From the NCBI GenBank assembly GCA_050015395.1, contig JBEKBM010000011.1, positions 1 through 64,000 on the forward strand: a stretch of 64,000 bases of DNA, given 5' to 3'. The stretch comes from Candidatus Bathyarchaeia archaeon. Lineage in GTDB: Archaea; Thermoproteota; Bathyarchaeia; Bathyarchaeales; Bathycorpusculaceae. Positions 57,113 to 64,000 of the stretch are shown here, one piece after another; position 1 is the first letter of the stretch, and each line of letters starts with the position of its first letter. A model generated the notes under the pieces. That model did not search any database, was not told the DNA's origin, and was given only the letters and a program-made list of their open reading frames with translations. The translations under genes and the position numbers were made by a program.

Positions 57113-60100
57113 GTGACTGCCCAATCCGAAGCTGACTCAAACCAAAGCTTACCAACAAACTACAATCCGCTTGAACTTGAAAAGGAAATCCGCGAATTCT
57201 GGATTAAATGTCAAATTCGAGACAAACTTGAGCTTATCGAAAAAGACGCTAAGGGCATCTTAGGTTACGTGGAGGGACCGCCCACATTAAATGGCATCCC
57301 ACACATTGGACACGCACGTGGACGGGTAATGAAGGATATTCGTTACCGATGGAAAACCATGCAGGGCTACTACATGCCTTTTTGGGCTGGATGGGACTGC
57401 CAAGGCTTACCCGTGGAGCTGGAAGTTGAAAAACTCCTCGGCGTCAAAAACAAGCGCGAACTTCTCGAGCATGTTGGTCAAGAACGTTTCATTGAGGAAT
57501 GCAAGAAAGCAATCATGCGCTATCATGGGATGTGGCTTGAGGCCGACACAAACCTCGGCGTTTTTATCAATCAGGAGAAGGCTTACTGGACCTACAAAGA
57601 CGGCTACATCGAACGTGAATGGCAAATCCTAAAACGAGCATGGGAACAAAACCTCCTCGAAGAAGGGCACTACGTGGTCGCTTACTGTCCAGGATGCCAA
57701 ACATCGCTGAGCAGCGCAGAAGTTGGTTATGAAGGCAGCTACAAGGAAGTGGAAGACCCATCATTATACTTCAAATTCAAAGTCTCTGGCAGCAAAAACG
57801 AGTTTTTCCTTGTTTGGACAACAATGCCCTTCACAATAATAACCGACACTATGCTCGCGGTTCAGCCAAACGCTGAATACGTGAAAGTGAAAGTCGGCGA
57901 AGAAACCTGGATAATGGTAAAGCAACGCGTCGAGCCAGTTATGCAGGAACTCGATATAATAAAGTATCAAGTCACCGAACAAATGTTGGGTAAAAGCTTG
58001 GAAGGCACAGCCTACGACTACCCATTAAAAGACTTAATTCCTAAACAAGCGGAGCTTGAAACCAAGCATCCCTTGGTGCATAAGGTTATAGGCGAAGAAT
58101 TCGTTGACGTTAACACTGCCACAGGTGTTGTGCATCTTTCGCCTGGAAACGGTGAAGACGATTTTTGGGCAGCACAACGCAGAGGCGTTCCCATCTTCGC
58201 TCCATTCGACGATGAAGTAAAATTCACCAAAGACGCAGGAATGTTCGTTGGTGTTTTTGCTCGCGACGCCGATTACTTGGTTGTTGAAGAACTCCGCAAC
58301 CAGAACGCTTTCGTCAAAGTCGTAAAGGTGAAACATGAGTACCCAACTTGCTGGCGTTCTCACCACAAACTCGTTTGGCTAGCAAGAAAAGAATACTTTT
58401 TGCGCACAGACAAGTTAAACAGCAAAGTGCTTGAGGCTGCGGAAAAAGTTGAATACTTTTTTGAGGAACCAAGAAACCGGTTTTTGGGTTTTCTGAAAGA
58501 AGGAAAGCCATGGTGCATAAGCCGAGAACGCATCTGGGGCACACCGCTGCCAATTTGGGCGTGCGAAAAATGCGGCAACAAGCGCATAGTCGGAAGTAAA
58601 AAAGAACTAATTGAAAACGCTCAGGAAACGATTCCTGAAGACTTTGAGTTGCACAAGCCGTGGGTTGACCGAATTACGTTTAAATGCGAAAAATGCGGCG
58701 GAAGCATGCGCCGAGAAGACTTCGTATTGGACACTTGGCATAACAGTGGCGCTTCACCATACGCACGCTTTACCGACGAAGAAGTTGAGAAGTTTGTGCC
58801 AACAGCCTTCTTAACTGAAGGCATCGACCAAACGAGAGGCTGGGCGAACTCGTTGCTGCTTGAATACGTTGTTTTAACCGGAGAACCAGTTGCCCCATAC
58901 AAGTCATTTCTGTTTCAAGGTTTAACGCAGGATGCGAAAGGCAGAAAAATGAGTAAAAGCTTAGGCAACGTAGTTGAAACCAACAAGCTATTGGAGAAGA
59001 ACTCAGCTGACCTGTGCCGCTTTTATATGACGCGCAAATGCTCGCCGATTGATTTTATGAATTTTGACATGCAAGAACTAAACCGTCGCCCATACCAAGT
59101 TCTGTCGACGCTGTATCATTTAAGCAGGTTCTTTATGCAAAACGCAGCTTTCGACGAGTTCGATCCAGGCAAGTACACGTTAGATTGGGCTTTTGAGGCA
59201 AATAAGCTTGAGGCAGCTGACTTGTGGCTGCTGTCTAAACTGCAAGAGAAAATTGAAGACTACACCAACAAGCTTGAAAGGTGCGAATTCAACGTTGCCG
59301 TAGCCGTTTTGGATGATTTCGTAATTGAAACACTGAGCAGGCTTTACGTGCCTATGATTCGAAAGGAGCTTTGGACTGATGAGCCTGAAACGCTTGAGAG
59401 ACGCCAAACCATCTATGCGCTGCTACATCATACGCTGAAGACGGTAACGTTGCTCTTCAACCCAGTCACGCCTTACCTGAGCGAGGTATTGTACCAGAAA
59501 GTTTACAGGCAACTTGAACCCGAACTGCCCGAATCGGTCAATTTCGCTGCTTGGCCTGTGCCAAACCAGAAAATGCGTGACAAAGCCCTTGAAGAGCAAT
59601 TTGAAGTTCTGCTTAAAACGGTATCAATAGCTTACGCTGCAAGGCAACAGGGGAAGCTGAAGCGAAGGTGGCCACTTAGTAAAGCAATCGTGGTTGCGCC
59701 ACAAAAAACACTAGCAGCATTAAAGTGTCTTGAGGCATTGTTCTTGGAGCTTACAAACGTGAAAGCCGCAGAATACGCAGTGCAGGTTCCGGAGTACGTT
59801 GAAGGCGAGAACTGGGTTTCCAGTCAAGAAGGCGACATAACCGTATTCGTAAGCGGGCAACGGGACGAAACCCTGCTGGGCGAAGGCATAATGCGAGATT
59901 TGGCGCGTCGTGTCCAAGCGCTGCGCAAAGAGATGGGGTTTGTACCGACGGATGTTTTAGAGTCGGTTCACATTGCCGAGTTGGATGCTGAAAGCATGAC
60001 GCTCCTGAAGCCGTATCTGGAAGAGATGGCTGGACTGGTGAGAGCTAGGAAAGTGTATTTGCATGGCAGTCGCAGTGAAGTTGAAGCAGAATGGCACGAA

Positions 60101-60142
60101 TCAGAGTTAGACGGCAAAAAAATATACCTTAACATTCACTAG
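57113..60142 (+). CDS. ileS: Isoleucyl-tRNA synthetase (archaeal/eukaryote type)
   Basis: EGPPTLNG.PHIGH, GWDCQGLPVE, WTTMP, TGVVH, WCISRERIWGTP, EGIDQTRGW, KMSKS. Confidence 0.97.
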   Translation: MTAQSEADSNQSLPTNYNPLELEKEIREFWIKCQIRDKLELIEKDAKGILGYVEGPPTLNGIPHIGHARGRVMKDIRYRWKTMQGYYMPFWAGWDCQGLPVELEVEKLLGVKNKRELLEHVGQERFIEECKKAIMRYHGMWLEADTNLGVFINQEKAYWTYKDGYIEREWQILKRAWEQNLLEEGHYVVAYCPGCQTSLSSAEVGYEGSYKEVEDPSLYFKFKVSGSKNEFFLVWTTMPFTIITDTMLAVQPNAEYVKVKVGEETWIMVKQRVEPVMQELDIIKYQVTEQMLGKSLEGTAYDYPLKDLIPKQAELETKHPLVHKVIGEEFVDVNTATGVVHLSPGNGEDDFWAAQRRGVPIFAPFDDEVKFTKDAGMFVGVFARDADYLVVEELRNQNAFVKVVKVKHEYPTCWRSHHKLVWLARKEYFLRTDKLNSKVLEAAEKVEYFFEEPRNRFLGFLKEGKPWCISRERIWGTPLPIWACEKCGNKRIVGSKKELIENAQETIPEDFELHKPWVDRITFKCEKCGGSMRREDFVLDTWHNSGASPYARFTDEEVEKFVPTAFLTEGIDQTRGWANSLLLEYVVLTGEPVAPYKSFLFQGLTQDAKGRKMSKSLGNVVETNKLLEKNSADLCRFYMTRKCSPIDFMNFDMQELNRRPYQVLSTLYHLSRFFMQNAAFDEFDPGKYTLDWAFEANKLEAADLWLLSKLQEKIEDYTNKLERCEFNVAVAVLDDFVIETLSRLYVPMIRKELWTDEPETLERRQTIYALLHHTLKTVTLLFNPVTPYLSEVLYQKVYRQLEPELPESVNFAAWPVPNQKMRDKALEEQFEVLLKTVSIAYAARQQGKLKRRWPLSKAIVVAPQKTLAALKCLEALFLELTNVKAAEYAVQVPEYVEGENWVSSQEGDITVFVSGQRDETLLGEGIMRDLARRVQALRKEMGFVPTDVLESVHIAELDAESMTLLKPYLEEMAGLVRARKVYLHGSRSEVEAEWHESELDGKKIYLNIH

Positions 60143-60183
60143 AAAACGTATAACTTAAAAACCGTAAAAATGAAGGGAAAAAT

Positions 60184-60360
60184 ATGGTGGAAGAAGCAAA
60201 CAACAACATAAATTACAAGTGCCCCCACTGCCCATGCATATTCTTAACTAAAGCAGACCTGCAGAAACACATAAACTGCTTCGGCAATGTCAAAGAAGAA
60301 CACGAGTTTTCTTACCGCAAAACTCACGGCAGACTAGAACACGGGTACGGCGAAGAATAA
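60184..60360 (+). CDS. 58-aa C2H2-like zinc-finger protein
   Basis: Manual translation MVEEANNNINYKCPHCPCIFLTKADLQKHINCFG...; absent from ORF track. Confidence 0.7.
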   Translation: MVEEANNNINYKCPHCPCIFLTKADLQKHINCFGNVKEEHEFSYRKTHGRLEHGYGEE

Positions 60361-60463
60361 GCCTTAATCTACCCATAGCCTCATTTCTTTTAGTCCAAGA
60401 CTTTGTTAACCGAAACCTCTAAATGTGCTCACTAAGGTATTTTTTCAGAAACGCGCCAAGGAG

Positions 60464-60538
60464 GGGCCGGTAGATCAGCTCGGTATGATCGCCGCGTTCG
60501 CAACGCGGAAGCCGCGGGTTCAAATCCCGCCCGGTCCA
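60464..60538 (+). tRNA. tRNA-Ala(CGC)
   Basis: GGGCCGG/CCGGTCC acceptor with G3:U70, CCGCG-TTCGCAA-CGCGG anticodon arm, GCGGG-TTCAAAT-CCCGC T-arm, discriminator A. Confidence 0.96.
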
Positions 60539-60660
60539 CTATGTTTTTGCAAAAATAGCTTGATTTTAATTTACCCTTTAGCGTTGTCTGCGTTTGTTGA
60601 CGACTAAACCGTTACTAAGAGCTTATGCAGCCTGGTCCTCAACCTTAACTGTTTTATATC

Positions 60661-62166
60661 TCAGGTTTTGCCTATCTTTCGGTTTCTAAGCGTAAGCACA
60701 ACTGCAACGGAGACCGCTATGATGACCAGCGACAAGATTAATAACGATGGAAACTCTGGAACTGAAGACTTTGCGGTGAACACAATTGATACTTCATGGG
60801 TGCTGAAGCTGGTTGTGTACCATACGTAGTAGTTGTTGCTGTCTTGTGTGTAGCCTTGGTTTTGGGCATGTTGGTCGTCGATGTAGATTGTTGGTGTGGT
60901 TCCGTAGGTTACTGCGTTTTTTGGGATGGTTATGTTGCCAAAGCCTGTGGTGCCGCTTTCGCCTGTTACGGTGAAAGACACCGTTGTTGATGCGGCGGAC
61001 TGGTTTGTTGTGATTGTGATGTTGGACATCTGGGTGCTGGTTATGTTTCCGCTGATTGCTAGGTCAACTGTTGCGCCACTACCTGTCGTTGCGGCGACGG
61101 TTGTCCCTGATGGTGTTGTTGTTGGCGTCGGCGTCGGTGTTGTCGTAGGTTCTTGGGAAACTAACGGGAAATACTCTTCATTCACCGCCGTAGTGCTGTT
61201 AACGTCAGGAGCGTAGGGAGGCTTGGAAAAGATTATACCGCCTATGGCATAAATTGCCCCATTCACAGCTACAACCCCCAAACCAGAGCGGGCAGTCAGC
61301 ATCGGAGCACCAATCGTCCAGTTGCCTGTTTGGGGATCATAAATTTGGGTCTGGCCAAAACTCCCAACCAGTCCGGGTGCTCCCCCGATGACGTATATTT
61401 CTCCTGAAATTGTAGCTGCGCCTGCTTCATACACGACAGATGGCGGCAAATTGACAAGCTCATTGGGAAAGTTCCAAGTGTTATTTTCAACATCATAGCA
61501 TTCGGCAGCCTCTCCGTAAACTGGTATCAAATAGCTAAATAGGCCGTAAAATATGTATATTTTGTTGTTAGATACTGCTGAAGCATACTCGCTTGTTCCC
61601 CATAGCGGGTCAGGCGCCATTGTGGTCCAAGAATTGCTTGCAGGATCATACACTTCATTAGCTGTTGAGTAAGTGCCATCATACGGTCCATTATTATTTG
61701 AGAGTGCTCCGTCGATAAGGTAGATTTTGCCGTCTACAACGTTAGCTTGCAGGTAGGCTCTTGCTGTAGGCATGGGCGCTCCAGTTTGCCAAGTGTTTGT
61801 TGCGGGGTTGTAAATTTGAGTTGTTGCAGTGCAATCAATTGGATTACCATTTGTGTCAAAGCCGCTGCATCCTCCGAAGACGTAGATCATGTTTTGGTAA
61901 GTTGCCATGGCAAAACCGTATTCCGCTGATGGGATGGGTGCCTTGCCGGTCCATGTGTCGGCTGATGGGTTGTAAAGGTAGGTTGAGTTAGGTGTAACCG
62001 CGTATATTTCCCCGTTTACTGCAACTGCCTGAACGTAGCCAGACGCAGCGGGCATGGGTGCTCTTTCAACCCAGAAGTTGCCTGAAGCCTTCGCAGGCTC
62101 AACCGCAACAACTAAAGAGCTTAAAAGAGCGAGCGTAACAAGAAGAAAAGCACCAAACTTATTCAT
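60661..62166 (-). CDS. Secreted Kelch-repeat protein with PEF-CTERM sorting signal
   Basis: About six Kelch repeats (IYVFGG...YNPATNTW), T/P linker, VPEFP plus TM plus basic tail. Confidence 0.92.
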   Translation of the reverse strand: MNKFGAFLLVTLALLSSLVVAVEPAKASGNFWVERAPMPAASGYVQAVAVNGEIYAVTPNSTYLYNPSADTWTGKAPIPSAEYGFAMATYQNMIYVFGGCSGFDTNGNPIDCTATTQIYNPATNTWQTGAPMPTARAYLQANVVDGKIYLIDGALSNNNGPYDGTYSTANEVYDPASNSWTTMAPDPLWGTSEYASAVSNNKIYIFYGLFSYLIPVYGEAAECYDVENNTWNFPNELVNLPPSVVYEAGAATISGEIYVIGGAPGLVGSFGQTQIYDPQTGNWTIGAPMLTARSGLGVVAVNGAIYAIGGIIFSKPPYAPDVNSTTAVNEEYFPLVSQEPTTTPTPTPTTTPSGTTVAATTGSGATVDLAISGNITSTQMSNITITTNQSAASTTVSFTVTGESGTTGFGNITIPKNAVTYGTTPTIYIDDQHAQNQGYTQDSNNYYVWYTTSFSTHEVSIVFTAKSSVPEFPSLLILSLVIIAVSVAVVLTLRNRKIGKT

Positions 62167-62370
62167 TCATGCCACTTCTTCGCTAATAGTCTAATGCAAA
62201 AGTCACTATTAAACAATAATGTATTAGCTTGCTTAAAAGAATAAGACAGCGATTTTGTTATAGACGTTAAAGTAAACTGCCTGTTTACAGTATATTTGCG
62301 GCTCAATTTTTTGGCTCCACAGCACTTTTTCACGTTTAATGTTAAAAAAAGAAAGGGGGTTAGAGGTAGC

Positions 62371-63600
62371 TTACCTCTTTCGTTTATAGATTAGGTAGCT
62401 TGCAATCATAGTTGCTGCTATCAGTGTTGCAACCGCCATAGCTTCATAGTCGGATGAGTAATTGGGTGATGCAGCCTTAGAGGAAGATGTTTGTACAACG
62501 GTTGTGTCTTGTCCGCTTGGTTGACTCGGTGGTGCAGCGCCGCTGCCGACAGCCGCAATGATTGATATTTGTCCTGTGTCAGCCCACTCTAAAACATGTA
62601 TAGCAGTTACTCCGTCAGGGTAAGTGCTGTTCAATGGCAGATACATGTTCCATTGCGGATACAATATGCCGTTTCCCCTGTCCTCCATGCTCAACGAAGC
62701 GATCGCTGGCTCATCGCAAAAAGTAAAGTTTGACACTGTCTGATTGTCTCCAGTAAGGTAAGAGTATGATTGGGTGGCATATTGCTTAGCGATCTGTATC
62801 GCTTCATTTTGGGGCACATTCACGTTCGCGTTGCCAACAGTGAAGAAGTTCCAGTTATCTTGGAAAAACGTTAACCCGCCATTCTGGAATGTCATAGACA
62901 CCACTTTATAGTTATCTGTGATGCTGTTAACGGTGTATGTCCACTGCATTGATTCTGTGTTTCCAGAGGTGGATATTTGCTGGACAATATTAGCTGCCGC
63001 GTCTGTGGTATTTTGCAGTCGGCTAGCCGAGTTTAGCATGCTCGTAAAGGTCGGTATGTATGATGCTTGGCTAAAGTTTCGGTAGTTTTCAAGGAGGTTG
63101 TGGGCGGCGCTTAGAGGATCAGTTTGGCTTTGAGTGTAAAGCGGTGAACCCGAGATGGGGTAGAGTTTGCACCAGACCAAGATATCGTTTCTGAAGATTA
63201 AAATAACGTCTAAGTTGCTTCCCGTAGCTGTAAAGCTGTATTTTAATGCTTCCTCGTTAGGCACGCCTGAAGTAGCAGATATGTTGATGGCTTCCACCTG
63301 TACAGTGTACTTTGCCAAGTCAAGCTCAGCTACGTTGCTCATGAACGAGACAGCGTTTCGCGACATAGCCGAATCAGGCAAAGTTGCACTAGGACCTGGC
63401 AAGGTTCCAGTCACGTTACCTGAAGCAGAAGCAGATTGAGTAATTTCTTGTGAATGCACGTTAGGCAATGACATAAGTGAAAGCGTTAAGACTGCCAATA
63501 GAGTCAATGCTAAGCCAAATTTATTTAAAGAAGGATTCATCGCAATCACTCCTCCAATACATAGTAGATTGTCGGTAGCATCAAGTTGCCGTCGCCCCAA
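62371..63600 (-). CDS. Secreted, membrane-anchored hypothetical protein
   Basis: Signal from MNPSLNK (likely true start near 63540), WADTG motif, C-terminal TM plus KRKR. Confidence 0.8.
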   Translation of the reverse strand: MGRRQLDATDNLLCIGGVIAMNPSLNKFGLALTLLAVLTLSLMSLPNVHSQEITQSASASGNVTGTLPGPSATLPDSAMSRNAVSFMSNVAELDLAKYTVQVEAINISATSGVPNEEALKYSFTATGSNLDVILIFRNDILVWCKLYPISGSPLYTQSQTDPLSAAHNLLENYRNFSQASYIPTFTSMLNSASRLQNTTDAAANIVQQISTSGNTESMQWTYTVNSITDNYKVVSMTFQNGGLTFFQDNWNFFTVGNANVNVPQNEAIQIAKQYATQSYSYLTGDNQTVSNFTFCDEPAIASLSMEDRGNGILYPQWNMYLPLNSTYPDGVTAIHVLEWADTGQISIIAAVGSGAAPPSQPSGQDTTVVQTSSSKAASPNYSSDYEAMAVATLIAATMIASYLIYKRKR

Positions 63601-64000
63601 GGCATCATATAGACAGGGAAGGGAACGTTTGTCATAACGTTTTGGGCACCGACCGTACCGTTCGGATAGCTATATTTGGGACCCCCATCAATCCACTGGC
63701 CACCAACCCAATAACCTTGCGAGACAGTTATGTTACCTAATGTTAAAGTATTCCAATATGTCACTTCGCCGCCAATGTCATGGGGGTTGTTACTGCTAGT
63801 GCCAACCCAAAATGGTGAGGTTGAGAAGGTGCCTTGGCCGCCGTTGGTTACATATGATGTCATGTCAAGCGCTTCATTTATCGTAGTGTCTGGATACAGA
63901 GCATAGTAGTAGAGGCCTTCAAGCCAACCCTGGCAAGTATACCCGCCTTTTAGAGGATCAGTGAGCCAGGGCGACGAGTCACCCTCCCAAGGGGTGTTTA
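63546..64000 (-). CDS. C-terminal part of a hypothetical protein; frame open to window end
   Basis: Frame upstream of 63863 stays open: WEGDSSPWLTDPLKGGYTCQGWLEGLYYYALYPDTTINEALDM...WGDGNLMLP. Confidence 0.7.
   Translation of the reverse strand, partial: NTPWEGDSSPWLTDPLKGGYTCQGWLEGLYYYALYPDTTINEALDMTSYVTNGGQGTFSTSPFWVGTSSNNPHDIGGEVTYWNTLTLGNITVSQGYWVGGQWIDGGPKYSYPNGTVGAQNVMTNVPFPVYMMPWGDGNLMLPTIYYVLEE

Noticed and set aside
60464-60538. tRNA-Ala as attachment site of an island
   Set aside because: No duplicated tRNA 3' end or adjacent integrase found in the window
594-63439. Many antisense or nested ORFs in the six-frame track (e.g. 594-1094, 5936-6364, 40868-41296, those inside ileS)
   Set aside because: They shadow well-supported genes and have no motifs

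Overview
Archaeal chromosomal window; gene content (fwdDBAC, archaeal-type IleRS, TrmB, class III signal-peptide pilins, PEF-CTERM protein) suggests a Bathyarchaeia-like archaeon, which is inference. Housekeeping blocks: formylmethanofuran dehydrogenase fwdDBAC (7.9-12.3 kb); a Mo/W-cofactor and S/Se-handling cluster (fdhD, moeA, mobA, two mobB, ModE-like, selD, tusA, dsrE, LysR; 16.1-25 kb); a type IV pilus locus (27.4-35.6 kb); TrmB; a MoxR/vWA pair; ileS; tRNA-Ala(CGC). Best candidate for an undescribed system: a translationally coupled operon at 482-5875 (-) in which a full-length (N-L1-PAZ-L2-MID-PIWI) but apparently catalytically dead Argonaute lies between two different DinG/XPD-family helicases, with no recognisable nuclease. 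Second highlight: a ~9 kb tyrosine-integrase element (42725-51721) inserted via an 8-bp core (CTATATTT) into a G1 glutamic peptidase gene, which precise excision would restore in frame. Also: a dispersed ~140-165 bp non-coding repeat family, iteron-like inverted arrays around the element's ATPase gene, a degenerate tRNA-Asn, tandem pilins with shared frameworks, and several small proteins missed by the ORF track. All family calls are by-eye motif recognition; no database search was run.
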